The notes under the pieces: generated by a model
Database searches by the model: none
Seen by the model: only the letters and a program-made list of their open reading frames with translations
What the model was told of the DNA's origin: nothing
Shown here: piece after piece, positions 1 to 10,010 of the stretch
How positions within the stretch are numbered: position 1 is the first letter of the stretch
Layout: the number at the start of each line of letters is the position of its first letter
Translations under genes and position numbers: made by a program
Source of the DNA: an uncultured Candidatus Saccharibacteria bacterium
GTDB lineage: Bacteria > Patescibacteriota > Minisyncoccia > Phycocordibacterales > PALSA-1337
DNA length: 64,000 bases
Direction: 5' to 3'
Assembly: GCA_964495685.1 (NCBI GenBank)
Contig: CAZBVQ010000001.1
Location: 39,477-103,476 of the forward strand

Positions 1-959
1 GACGCTTCAGTATTCGACTTCCGATTGGCGACATCGAAGTCCGTGTGTCTATATTGCCAGGTGCATACAATGAGTCTATTGTGATGCGTCTCCTCAACCC
101 CAAATCAATCGACGTTCCCCTCGAATCTCTAGGCATCAACAAGAAGCTCCTCGACATCCTACTCAAAGAAATCGATCGTCCCGACGGCATGATCCTCACC
201 ACTGGTCCGACCGGTTCTGGTAAGACAACGACACTCTACTCGTTCTTGAAAAAAATCCACGACCCGAAAATCAAAATCATCACCATCGAAGATCCGATCG
301 AGTATCACCTTCCTGGCATCATGCAGACCCAAGTCAACGACAAAGGCTACACCTTCGCCGAGGGCTTACGTGCAACCGTCCGCCAAGACCCCGACATCAT
401 CATGGTCGGTGAAATCCGCGACAATGAGACGGCCGATATCGCCATCAACTCTGCTCTGACTGGTCACCTGGTCTTCTCTACCCTACACACCAACGATGCC
501 GCCGGCACCTTCCCGCGCCTCATAGATCTCGGGGTCAACTCCAAGGTGCTCACCTCCGCCATCCGCGTAGCCATGGCACAACGTCTCGTACGCAAGCTCT
601 GTGATTCATGCAAGAAAGAAGTTGCCATTTCAGGTGCCGACCAGAAAGAGATCGAGGACGCTCTCGCTACCATCGAAGACAAGAGTATCGTACCTGTCGA
701 GCGCACCAAGATGTTCACCGCTGTCGGATGCGAAAAATGTAACAACACCGGTTTCAAGGGTCGTGTTGGTATCTATGAAGCTATTCTGTCTGACAAGAAG
801 ATCGAGGATGCTGTCGAGATGAACCCGAGCGAGCGTGAAATATGGATTGCCGCACAAGGTCAAGGAATATTGACCATGAAACAGGATGGGGTGCTCAAGA
901 TATTGGCGGGCATCACTTCCCTCGAGGAGCTCAAGCGTGTGATTTCGATTACTGATTAA
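1..959 (+). CDS. Type IV pilus/type II secretion ATPase, GspE/PilB family (5'-truncated at window edge)
   Basis: The frame is open from base 3 and the upstream translation contains DIEVRVSILPG. Walker A GPTGSGKTTT is present, along with the GspE signature and a C-terminal CxxC...CxxC zinc motif. Confidence 0.85.
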   Translation, partial: RFSIRLPIGDIEVRVSILPGAYNESIVMRLLNPKSIDVPLESLGINKKLLDILLKEIDRPDGMILTTGPTGSGKTTTLYSFLKKIHDPKIKIITIEDPIEYHLPGIMQTQVNDKGYTFAEGLRATVRQDPDIIMVGEIRDNETADIAINSALTGHLVFSTLHTNDAAGTFPRLIDLGVNSKVLTSAIRVAMAQRLVRKLCDSCKKEVAISGADQKEIEDALATIEDKSIVPVERTKMFTAVGCEKCNNTGFKGRVGIYEAILSDKKIEDAVEMNPSEREIWIAAQGQGILTMKQDGVLKILAGITSLEELKRVISITD

Positions 960-973
960 TACTTATTACTTCC

Positions 974-1297
974 ATGATCGCTCCAATGAACATTTCTGAG
1001 ACCATAAAGCACCTCCAGCAAGAATTACAGAAAGAGACCACCGAGCTACACGATGCGCAAGAAAAACTTCACCTTGCACAAGAAGATGCTCGTGCCAAGG
1101 GCATGGAAATACCCCTTCTTCAGAAGAAAATAGAGGAGGATCGACATCAAATATACGTTGACAATACTGATGCCGACAAATTGAAGCGTCACATCAACGA
1201 GGTGCAGCGAGAAAAACTACGCCATCAGGGTGAATTTACTGATTTACAAAATAAATTGCGTGCCGCCACCAAAGAACACGGCAAACTTTTTCGTTAA
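974..1297 (+). CDS. hypothetical coiled-coil protein
   Basis: 107-aa ORF, charged heptad-like sequence, immediately downstream of the pilus ATPase. Confidence 0.4.
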   Translation: MIAPMNISETIKHLQQELQKETTELHDAQEKLHLAQEDARAKGMEIPLLQKKIEEDRHQIYVDNTDADKLKRHINEVQREKLRHQGEFTDLQNKLRAATKEHGKLFR

Positions 1298-1617
1298 AAC
1301 AGAAAATAATCCCCAGCGTCAATTGCTTTTTGTACGGGGATAGCGGTAGTATGCGATCAGGAGATATATGTTCAAGCACGTAAATCTCTAAGCAATATCT
1401 CGGTGCGTGATGCACCAAGCGAGGTAGAGTCCCGAGGATAATTCCAGTACGCGACGCCGAAGCGTGGCAACCAAAATGTCCTTAGCACTATACCCAAACC
1501 TGGGAAGGCCATTGCTTAGAGGTTTGCGAGCTCGAACAATGAAAAACGCGACTCGGGAAGAGTTCGCATTCGAGTTATTGTATTGATAGACTGTACCTAT
1601 GGGCTTCCATAGGTTCG

Positions 1618-2655
1618 TTGGTATCCTATCACAACCTTATTAAAATGTCAACACCCCCACAAAACTCCCCTACCGAAGACAAAGATGTTGGTTTTCTCGA
1701 CCAAACCCTCCGTCCTGGACGGTGGGCTGAGTATATTGGGCAAAAAAACATCAAGGACAACCTGCATATTTTGCTTACGGCTGCCAAAGAACGCCAACAC
1801 CCACCTGAGCACATCCTTTTTTATGGACCCCCAGGCCTCGGCAAGACCACCTTGGCACATCTCATCGCCAAGGAAACAGGGGCTCAAATGAAGGTTACGT
1901 CTGGGCCCGCTATTCTCAAGGTGGGCGACCTGGCTTCTATTGTTACCAACTTGTCGGCTGGCGACATTCTGTTCATTGACGAAATACACCGTCTGAACAA
2001 AGCTATCGAGGAAGTACTCTATCCTGCCATGGAGTCAGGGACGCTCGATATTATCATAGGCAAAGGGCCATCGGCAAGAACTATCCAGCTCGACCTTCCC
2101 CCATTCACGCTCATAGCCGCCACGACGCGTATAGCTATGATTTCTTCACCTTTGCGTTCTCGTTTCTCTGGTGGTGTATTCAAGCTCGAGTTCTATACCA
2201 ACAAAGAGATCGCCGAGATCATCAAGCGCTCCGCCACCATTCTTGGCATCGACATACACGATGACGCTGTCACTGAGATCGCCGTACGTTCACGATTCAC
2301 CCCTCGTACCGCCAACTATCACCTCAAGAGGTGTCGAGATTATGCACAGATAAATAAGACGGTGCTTACAAAAGATATCGTCGAGAAGGCGCTCACCATG
2401 CTCGGTGTCGACGTCCTAGGTCTGACTTCTGCTGACCGTGAGATATTGAAGGTGATTATCGATAAGTTCGGTGGTGGACCTGTGGGCTTGAATACGATCG
2501 CCGCAGCTCTATCTGAAGAACAGGCGACTATTGAAGAGGTGTATGAGCCGTATTTGATTCAGCTCGGCCTCTTGGAGCGCACTCCTCGCGGTCGTATTGC
2601 CACAGACAAGGCGTATGCGCATTTGGACATGAAAGGGGTCGGAAAGCTGTTGTAA
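1618..2655 (+). CDS. ruvB: Holliday junction branch migration DNA helicase RuvB
   Basis: GPPGLGKTTLAHLIA Walker A, the RuvB-specific sensor and C-terminal winged-helix motifs. Start uses TTG at 1618 or an internal ATG about 27 nt downstream. Confidence 0.95.
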   Translation: MVSYHNLIKMSTPPQNSPTEDKDVGFLDQTLRPGRWAEYIGQKNIKDNLHILLTAAKERQHPPEHILFYGPPGLGKTTLAHLIAKETGAQMKVTSGPAILKVGDLASIVTNLSAGDILFIDEIHRLNKAIEEVLYPAMESGTLDIIIGKGPSARTIQLDLPPFTLIAATTRIAMISSPLRSRFSGGVFKLEFYTNKEIAEIIKRSATILGIDIHDDAVTEIAVRSRFTPRTANYHLKRCRDYAQINKTVLTKDIVEKALTMLGVDVLGLTSADREILKVIIDKFGGGPVGLNTIAAALSEEQATIEEVYEPYLIQLGLLERTPRGRIATDKAYAHLDMKGVGKLL

Positions 2656-2714
2656 GTGATAAATTCAAATAGAAAGTGTATAGTTAGTTTATATTTATTA
2701 ATCAAACCAATCCC

Positions 2715-3245
2715 ATGTCCGGTCACAACAAATATTCGAAAATAAAGCACGTCAAAGCGAAGAACGACGCCCAGAAGAGCAAGTCTTTCGGCAAACTCGT
2801 GCGCCTCATCACTGTTGAGGCCAAGAAAGCAAAAGGTGTCCTCACTTCGCCCGGCCTCGTCGCCGCCATCGAGAAGGCTCGTGGTGAAAATATGCCAAAT
2901 GACACCATCGATCGTGCCGTCAAGAAGGCGACCACCGACAATTCCGCCGACATGGAATCAATCATCTATGAATCATACGGCCCCGGTGGCGTAGCGATAC
3001 TCATCGAAGCCCTCACCGACAACCGCAACAAAGCGGCACAAGAGATCAAACACATTCTTTCAAAGAACGGCTTTGAGCTCGCCTCCCCTGGTAGTGCATC
3101 ATGGGCTTTCAAGAAAGAAGGTCATGCATGGAACCCCACATCGACCATGCCCCTAGAAGATGCGGATATTGAGCTGCTCTCAAAGTTGGTCGAGGAACTA
3201 GAAGAAAATGACGAGGTGCAGTCTGTGTACACGAACGCTGAATAA
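2715..3245 (+). CDS. yebC: YebC/PmpR family DNA-binding regulator (short form)
   Basis: N-terminus MSGHNKYSKIKHVKAKNDAQKSK is typical of YebC/TACO1. Classic ruvC-yebC-ruvB neighbourhood. Confidence 0.8.
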   Translation: MSGHNKYSKIKHVKAKNDAQKSKSFGKLVRLITVEAKKAKGVLTSPGLVAAIEKARGENMPNDTIDRAVKKATTDNSADMESIIYESYGPGGVAILIEALTDNRNKAAQEIKHILSKNGFELASPGSASWAFKKEGHAWNPTSTMPLEDADIELLSKLVEELEENDEVQSVYTNAE

Positions 3246-3250
3246 TATCT

Positions 3251-3559
3251 TTACTCCTCCCACCTGTCCCCGAACGGATTGATCTCCTCTCCATCCAAGC
3301 TCACCTCATCGGAGAGCTCGTCTTCTTCTGCGGAACCCAACAGGGGGTCTACTTCTGTTTTATCTTCAACTCCTACATCAGCTTCCGGCTCATCGATCTC
3401 GATCGGCTTCTTCACTTTACTAGGAATGACGTCGGTTTCCTTCTCTTCATGCTCGACCTCTTCTTCGACATGTTGCTCTTCTGTAGCCGGAGCAACCTTC
3501 TTCTTGGATTTTACTGTTTTGGGTGCAGTTTTCTTGGTGGCCGTTACCATGTTCGTCAA
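3251..3559 (-). CDS. hypothetical protein, Lys-rich N-terminus and highly acidic C-terminus
   Basis: 102-aa ORF with no recognisable domain. Compositionally biased (K-rich then E/D-rich). Confidence 0.4.
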   Translation of the reverse strand: MTNMVTATKKTAPKTVKSKKKVAPATEEQHVEEEVEHEEKETDVIPSKVKKPIEIDEPEADVGVEDKTEVDPLLGSAEEDELSDEVSLDGEEINPFGDRWEE

Positions 3560-3792
3560 TAATTAATTTCTATGCAGACAGTTGTAACAAAGATGTTGCC
3601 ATTTGGCAACAAACTTCCCCTGTGGACAACCCGCGAGCATGCGAGCGGAGCCGTCCTCGTATGAGGGCAACCCACGAGCATGTCCCCCCACAACACAATC
3701 TCCCCCTGACAAGCCGAAAATGTAGCCAGCGATCAGAGCTTTGAGGCTTGGAAGGGGTGAATTATGTTGTGGGGGTGCCTATTGATAATCCC

Positions 3793-4272
3793 CTATCGCA
3801 TACATGCGCTGTGAGTAATGGCCGCCGCAATCGCATCATACTCATCGTCGACTGTTTTCTTGATTGGCAACGACACAAGCAGTTTGACCATTTTGATCAT
3901 CCGCTCTTTGTCGCTCGTACCATCGCTTGTTATGGCGACTTTTATTTGCATCGGTGTATATTCATAGATAGCGACATTCCGCCTGATCGCTTCAGCAAGA
4001 ATGACGCCGCGTGCTTCCGCTACCCGCATAGCTGTTTTTTGGTTCTTGGTTATGAAAAGTGTCTCTATCGATAACGCCTCGGGCTTGAATTCATCCAACA
4101 CTCGACCAACCTCATTCGAAATGAGTCCGAATCGTTTGTAGATGCTATCTTTGGGCGAAGTTTGGAAACAGTTTGAATAGAGGACACACTCCTTACCTGG
4201 AGCAGTGCGCTCGATAACCGCTATACCGAGACGATCATATCCTGGGTCGATGCCGATAATACAGGTAGCCAT
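3793..4272 (-). CDS. ruvC: crossover junction endodeoxyribonuclease RuvC
   Basis: An MATCIIGIDPGYDRLGIAVIE-type N-terminus (catalytic Asp). Start trimmed to the internal ATG at 4272 to avoid overlap with the PBP1A start. Confidence 0.85.
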   Translation of the reverse strand: MATCIIGIDPGYDRLGIAVIERTAPGKECVLYSNCFQTSPKDSIYKRFGLISNEVGRVLDEFKPEALSIETLFITKNQKTAMRVAEARGVILAEAIRRNVAIYEYTPMQIKVAITSDGTSDKERMIKMVKLLVSLPIKKTVDDEYDAIAAAITHSACMR

Positions 4273-4323
4273 ATGTGCATTATATATGATATCGTCAGCC
4301 GATAATACGCTATAATAGAAGCC

Positions 4324-6852
4324 ATGTCGCACCATCGCAAAAAGCACCGACACGTCAAACGCCTCGTTGCACTCCTCTTTTCGCTCGGATTCATCTGTCT
4401 GGGTATTATTGCTTTGTGGGTCGCCACCCTCAAAATGCCCGACTTGACCTCATTCCAAAATCGCAAAGTCGTCGAATCTACCAAAATTTATGATCGTACT
4501 GGGGAAATACTTCTTTATGATACAGGCAAAGATGCCAAGCGCACCGCGGTAGCACTCGATCAGATTTCACCCCTCATACAGACGGCAACCATTGCCATAG
4601 AAGACTCTGATTTCTATACCAACATCGGCATTGAACCAAAATCAATCGCTCGCGCCATTCTTGCCAACCTTACTACAGGAGGATATGGCCAAGGTGCATC
4701 TACAATTACCCAGCAGGTAGTCAAAAACTCTCTTCTCACCACAGACAAAACCATAACCCGCAAAATCAAAGAATGGGTCATCGCCATCAAACTCACTCGC
4801 GTTATGCCCAAGAAAGACATCCTCGAGACGTATCTCAACGACACTTCATACGGCGGGACGATCTTCGGTGTCGAAGAGGCCAGTCGCGCATTCTTCGGCA
4901 AACCCGCCAAGGACGTATCTCTCGCCGAGGCGGCTTATCTCGCCGCAATCCCCCAGGCACCCACGTACTATTCACCTTACGGGACGCATCGTGAGGCACT
5001 CGACAATCGCCACAAACTGGTACTACAGCGCATGAAAGACCTGAACAAAATAACTTCATCAGAGTATGACGCCGCAGTCAAAGAAAAAGTTCAGTTCCTT
5101 TCGAAAAATGACTCTTCCATTCGTGCCCCCCATTTCGTTATGTACGTCAAAGATGCGTTGACGCAAAAATACGGTGAGGACGCCGTTTTGAGTGGTGGAT
5201 TGCGGGTTATTACCACTCTCGATTTCGGTATGCAACAAAAAGCCGAAGAGGTGATCACCACATTTGCCCCTTCACTCGAGAATAATTTCAATGCAAGTAA
5301 TACCGCCATGGTCGCCATCGACCCCAAAACTGGCGACATTCTCACCATGGTTGGTTCTCGAGATTATTTCAGCAACAAAATAGAAGGAAACTTCAATATC
5401 ACTCTCGCACGACGTCAGCCCGGCTCGACATTCAAGCCCTTCGTATATGCGACAGCATTCAAAAAAGGCTACACCCCCGAAACTGTCCTGTTTGATGTTC
5501 CCACACAGTTCTCACAATACTGTAACCCTGATGGTAAGCCGAAAAAAGAAACTGATGACCCAGAGAAGGTCTGCTACTCACCTGACGAATACGACCACGA
5601 ATTTCCTGGCCCTATGAGCATACGTGAAGCCCTAGCGCACTCCCGCAACATTCCCGCCGTCAAAACCCTATACCTGGCCGGCCTTCGAGACTCTCTGCAA
5701 ACCGCCGAAGACATGGGTATCACTGGCCTAGATGACCCAAATAGATATGGTCTCACCCTGGTTCTTGGTGGAGGTGAGGTGTCTCTTCTTGAGCTCACCA
5801 GCGCATATGGCGTCTTCGCACATGATGGTCTGCGCAATCCGTACCGATCAATCCTCCGTGTTGAAGATGGTCGTGGTACCGTTCTGGAAAGTGCCCCCCT
5901 TCCTTCCCCTGCACAAGCACTGCAACCTGAGATCGCTCGACAAATCACCAGCATTCTCTCTGACACCTCTGTGCGCATGGACAGTCTCAAGCCCATTGGC
6001 GACAGTATTGGCCGTCCCGTAGCAATCAAAACTGGTACCACCAACGATTATCGTGATGTGTGGGCAGTAGGATATACACCCAACTTAGTTGTTGGTGCTT
6101 GGGCTGGCAAGAACGACAACACCCCTATGCAGCACAATGTTGCGGGTCTTATAATCGCCCCCGTTTGGGGCGCCTTCATGTCTCAGGTCGCCCAGAGCTT
6201 CCCTCTAGAAAGTTTCCAGTCTCCTCCACCCCCACTCTCAGACAACAAACCTGTGCTTCGTGGTGTGTGGCAAGGTGGTGAATCATATTGGAAAGACAGT
6301 GTTTCTGGTAAGTTGGCGACGGAATATACCCCCGCAGAAACAAGAAAAGAGGTGGTGTTCAATAATGTTCACTCAATTCTTCACTGGGTAAACAAAGACG
6401 ACCCACGCGGTCCTGCCCCAACAGATCCGAAACGAGATTCTCAGTATGATTATTGGGAGTATGGGGTACGTACATGGTTCGACACCTACCAAAAAAACCA
6501 TTCTGAGTTCAAAGAGACATCTTCCATATCGATACCCACCCAAAGTGATGATGTACACGTACCAGGCAAGTTGCCTACTATTTCTTTTGCCTCACCTTCC
6601 GCAGGAACCAGTATAGGAACCCACGACAACTTGAACATACACCTTCAATTATCTGGTGCATATCCAGTGCAAAAAACCGAGGTGTATCTCAACGGTAAGT
6701 ATGTCCTTACCTCTGAGCGAGACCCTCTCAATATTTCATTCTTCCCTTCTGATGTCGGAGTCGTTTCAGAAAACAACACTCTGTCTGTGCGGGTATATGA
6801 CAGTGTATTCAATAAAGTAACCGCTTCGACCACATTCTCAGTGCGACAATAG
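4324..6852 (+). CDS. class A penicillin-binding protein 1A (transglycosylase + transpeptidase) with about 200-aa C-terminal extension
   Basis: N-terminal TM anchor; GT51 motifs (EDSDFY, QGASTITQQ); transpeptidase motifs SxxK (STFKPF), SxN and KTGT (KTGTTND). Confidence 0.9.
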   Translation: MSHHRKKHRHVKRLVALLFSLGFICLGIIALWVATLKMPDLTSFQNRKVVESTKIYDRTGEILLYDTGKDAKRTAVALDQISPLIQTATIAIEDSDFYTNIGIEPKSIARAILANLTTGGYGQGASTITQQVVKNSLLTTDKTITRKIKEWVIAIKLTRVMPKKDILETYLNDTSYGGTIFGVEEASRAFFGKPAKDVSLAEAAYLAAIPQAPTYYSPYGTHREALDNRHKLVLQRMKDLNKITSSEYDAAVKEKVQFLSKNDSSIRAPHFVMYVKDALTQKYGEDAVLSGGLRVITTLDFGMQQKAEEVITTFAPSLENNFNASNTAMVAIDPKTGDILTMVGSRDYFSNKIEGNFNITLARRQPGSTFKPFVYATAFKKGYTPETVLFDVPTQFSQYCNPDGKPKKETDDPEKVCYSPDEYDHEFPGPMSIREALAHSRNIPAVKTLYLAGLRDSLQTAEDMGITGLDDPNRYGLTLVLGGGEVSLLELTSAYGVFAHDGLRNPYRSILRVEDGRGTVLESAPLPSPAQALQPEIARQITSILSDTSVRMDSLKPIGDSIGRPVAIKTGTTNDYRDVWAVGYTPNLVVGAWAGKNDNTPMQHNVAGLIIAPVWGAFMSQVAQSFPLESFQSPPPPLSDNKPVLRGVWQGGESYWKDSVSGKLATEYTPAETRKEVVFNNVHSILHWVNKDDPRGPAPTDPKRDSQYDYWEYGVRTWFDTYQKNHSEFKETSSISIPTQSDDVHVPGKLPTISFASPSAGTSIGTHDNLNIHLQLSGAYPVQKTEVYLNGKYVLTSERDPLNISFFPSDVGVVSENNTLSVRVYDSVFNKVTASTTFSVRQ

Positions 6853-6978
6853 TTGTATGGGTATGTCCCTTCACACTATAATTCCTCCCTTCCAAGCCTC
6901 AAAGCGCTGATCGCTGGCTACATTTTCGGCTTGTCAGAGAGGAATTATAGTGTGAAGGGATGTGTTCTTACCACCCCA

Positions 6979-7230
6979 TCACTTAATATGTGTTATCACC
7001 ACGTTCTGTTGTTGTGTGTTAATGTCCCTCAAAATTAACGTTCTTTTGATGAATAGTTGTGACTTGAGTGCCGCTGGAACATTTCGCGTCACTATCTCTC
7101 CCGCTTTACGTTCGAACATCACTGTGGCCCCTGTGTGTTTCTCGATAACCTGTTGAATCAGTGCGTGCAAAAAGGCCTCCTGGCCGTGCTTATTTTGTAT
7201 CCGCTTGAAAAATTGTCCTATGTTGAGCAT
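6979..7230 (-). CDS. small DUF721/DciA-like protein (putative replicative helicase loader)
   Basis: 83-aa ORF 6 nt downstream of dnaN on the same strand. The pattern EKHTGATVMFERKAGEIVTRNVPAALKSQLFIKRTLILRDIN resembles the DUF721 consensus. Confidence 0.4.
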   Translation of the reverse strand: MLNIGQFFKRIQNKHGQEAFLHALIQQVIEKHTGATVMFERKAGEIVTRNVPAALKSQLFIKRTLILRDINTQQQNVVITHIK

Positions 7231-7235
7231 GGTCC

Positions 7236-8342
7236 TTACCTGTTCATTGGCATAACAAGATAGAGAAACGTCTGGTCTCCCGATACAGGCTTGATTATCA
7301 CCGGCCTATTGAGTCCGTTGAGTTGCAAACTGACACTGTCTGCGTGTATGGACTGAAACCCATCGATAAGGTATTTGTAATTGAAATTGATCTCCATTTT
7401 CTCACCAGTAAGTGCCGCATCAATATTGGTTTCATTCTCACCAATATCACTGTTTTTTGTTTGTATCTCGAACACTTTCCCTTTTGGGTCTATAGTGAGA
7501 TGAACTTGATTGAATTTGTCCGAAAAGATGTTGGATATTTTGAGCGCGTTCAGAATATCTTGCTTGAGCGCCACAACCTCAGTTGTGGCTGATTTGGGGA
7601 TGATCTGTCTATAGTCAGGAAACACTCCATCAATAACTCGGGATACGATGTACGTGTCTTCATTCTCGAACGTGATGAGGTTCTTATTTGAATTAACCGT
7701 AGCTGTATTTTGGAAGCTACCAAGTACCCGAATAATGTCTTGGGTGTTTTTGTACGGTATCAAAACGTCATGTAGTTTGTTTGTGCTTGCTGTTTTGATC
7801 TTTTTTTCTGCAAGGCGGAATGAGTCTGTGGCCACAAACGTCAGATATTCCCCGTCTTTGTATATATACACACTAGAAAGCTCTGGTTTGACGCTTGAGA
7901 TAGCGGCACTATAGAAGACCGCGGTAAGTCCCTGTATCAGGTCTTCTGGTGACATGGTGTATTTCTGACCATCTTGGATTTTTGGGATGCTTGGGAAATC
8001 TTCTGGGGGTACTGTTTTTATGACCCCTTTTGATTTTGTTGTTTTTATATGAAGATTCCCCGAAACAAGCTCAAGAATAACTGTTTGACTCTGTTCTTGC
8101 ACTTGAGACAAGAATGATGCCAGAGTTTGCGCGGGCACAGCGACAACGCCTTGAGCATCTGTTTTTGCAGGAATAGTAACCTCTACACCCACATCAAGGT
8201 TGGTCGCTTTGAGTGTAATAGTGTTTTTCCCCACTTCTATGAGGATACAAGCGAGAACTGGTAGTGTTTGGTGCTTACTCGCAACACGATCCACTAGGCC
8301 GACGGCATCTTTGAGTTTTTTGAGGTTGAGTTCGATCTTCAT
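7236..8342 (-). CDS. dnaN: DNA polymerase III beta sliding clamp
   Basis: 368 aa with a typical DnaN N-terminus (MKIELNLKKL...VLACILIEV). Adjacent to dnaA. Confidence 0.95.
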   Translation of the reverse strand: MKIELNLKKLKDAVGLVDRVASKHQTLPVLACILIEVGKNTITLKATNLDVGVEVTIPAKTDAQGVVAVPAQTLASFLSQVQEQSQTVILELVSGNLHIKTTKSKGVIKTVPPEDFPSIPKIQDGQKYTMSPEDLIQGLTAVFYSAAISSVKPELSSVYIYKDGEYLTFVATDSFRLAEKKIKTASTNKLHDVLIPYKNTQDIIRVLGSFQNTATVNSNKNLITFENEDTYIVSRVIDGVFPDYRQIIPKSATTEVVALKQDILNALKISNIFSDKFNQVHLTIDPKGKVFEIQTKNSDIGENETNIDAALTGEKMEINFNYKYLIDGFQSIHADSVSLQLNGLNRPVIIKPVSGDQTFLYLVMPMNR

Positions 8343-8572
8343 ATAAGATGTGTTTTTATTTGAATAAGCAAACCTATCATCATTAAGACTGTGGATATGT
8401 TGAAAACTTAATATATATCAACAAATCCAAAAGGTTTTATGAGAACCAACACACAGATTATATGGTAACAAGCAGGGACAACATTCTTTACTTATAACCT
8501 ATGTGTATAAAACAACAAGTTACCCACACACATATCAACGAAACCCACACGCTACCCACAGGATTATCCCCA
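8343..8572. promoter_or_regulatory. candidate oriC (dnaA-dnaN spacer), AT-rich with DnaA-box-like 9-mers
   Basis: Near-consensus boxes relative to TGTGGATAA/TTATCCACA: TGTGGATAT (8390-8398), TGTGTATAA (8502-8510), TTACCCACA (8520-8528), CTACCCACA and TTATCCCCA (8551-8573). Also AT-rich runs. Confidence 0.5.
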
Positions 8573-9940
8573 TTACAACATGGTGCGCACCTGAGCGATC
8601 TCTTGGGACAAGAGTTGATCGGTCTTCACTTCCTCTCGGACCTTCTCATACGAGTGGATAACGGTCGTATGGTCTCTACCACCCAACTTCTCCCCTATTG
8701 AAGGGAAAGATATACCGAAATCCTCCCGCAAGATATACATCACTACCTGACGAGGACGCACAACCTCCTTGCGACGGGTCTTGTTGTAAATACTGTCCTC
8801 ATCAATGTTGTAGAAGTCTGAAACAACCTTGACTACATCCTTTACGGACATCATTTTCTTTGGTTTCAGGTTGTTTTTGAGGATGTTACGGATCTCATTG
8901 AGGTTGAGCTCTCTGTTTTTGAGTTGTGTTTGGCAAGCAATAACATTGATAATACCCTCAATTTCACGGATATTGTCTTCTATAGAAGAAGCAATGTAAT
9001 CAGTCACCTCGTCCGACAAGGTGATATTGTGTGCACCACACTTGCTCCGCACGATCATAATACGAGATTCTTGGTCCGGCTCAGGTATGTCCACAATCAT
9101 ACCCATAGAGAAGCGGCCCCGGAGACGATCTTCAAGACCAGGAATGGTGTTGGGGTGCTTGTCACCAGAAAATACCAACTGACGTGAGGTGTCGTGGAAT
9201 GTATTAAAGAAGTGGAAGAGCTCCTCCTGAAACTTCTCCTTACTAGCAAAGAACTGCACATCATCCATGATAATAACGTCATATTTGCGATATTTGTCCT
9301 TGAAGGCCTGGACCCTACCCTCTTGGATAGCCGCGAAGAACTCTGAGCCGAAACGTTCAGATGTCAGATAGAACACCTTTTTGTCTGGGTGAAGCTTCTT
9401 GATTTGATTACCGACAGCTTGAATGATGTGGGTTTTGCCGCGGCCAGTTTGGCCATAGATGAAAAGGGGGTTGTATGATTGTCCGGGAGCTTTGACGACC
9501 ATCTGAGAAGCGGCATGGGCAAGTTCGTTGAAAGGGCCCACAATAAGGGTCTCGAATGTGTAGCGAGGATTGAGGTTGTCGTCTTTGTTCACATAGAAAT
9601 CTTGGAGTGGCATAGCGATTGTGGGTGCTGACACCTGTTCCTTGCGGGAGTGGCCGCCACCTTTGCCGTCTTCGCGGACAACAACGTATTCTAGAGCACG
9701 AACACGCTCATTCATCTGCCTCAAAATGCGCAAAATCGAGTTGTGGAACTTCTTCTGGAGCCATTCATGGGTGAAAGAGTTGGGCACTCCCAGATAGATG
9801 ACACCCTCATCCTCGCGGAGAATCTTGATATCTTTGAACCATGTAGAAAAGTTGGCTTGCGATACGGCACTTTCGATCTCGAGTAAAGCAGTTTGCCACA
9901 TTTTTCCGTGATCATTCATAGATAGTGAATTTAGTACCAC
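8573..9940 (-). CDS. dnaA: chromosomal replication initiator DnaA
   Basis: GQTGRGKTHIIQAVGN Walker A, the DnaA AAA+ box VII and a C-terminal DNA-binding domain. GTG start at 9940; an internal ATG is possible. Confidence 0.95.
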   Translation of the reverse strand: MVLNSLSMNDHGKMWQTALLEIESAVSQANFSTWFKDIKILREDEGVIYLGVPNSFTHEWLQKKFHNSILRILRQMNERVRALEYVVVREDGKGGGHSRKEQVSAPTIAMPLQDFYVNKDDNLNPRYTFETLIVGPFNELAHAASQMVVKAPGQSYNPLFIYGQTGRGKTHIIQAVGNQIKKLHPDKKVFYLTSERFGSEFFAAIQEGRVQAFKDKYRKYDVIIMDDVQFFASKEKFQEELFHFFNTFHDTSRQLVFSGDKHPNTIPGLEDRLRGRFSMGMIVDIPEPDQESRIMIVRSKCGAHNITLSDEVTDYIASSIEDNIREIEGIINVIACQTQLKNRELNLNEIRNILKNNLKPKKMMSVKDVVKVVSDFYNIDEDSIYNKTRRKEVVRPRQVVMYILREDFGISFPSIGEKLGGRDHTTVIHSYEKVREEVKTDQLLSQEIAQVRTML

Positions 9941-10010
9941 TAAGTATATACCTGTTTATAATTTTGCAAACTTGTGGAGGGTAAAAAAATATGTTGATAA
10001 GGTGGGGATA

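Noticed and set aside
464-863. Short ORFs inside the pilus ATPase gene (464..757 -, 601..822 +, 630..863 -)
   Set aside because: Alternative-frame shadows of a clearly coding GspE/PilB gene.
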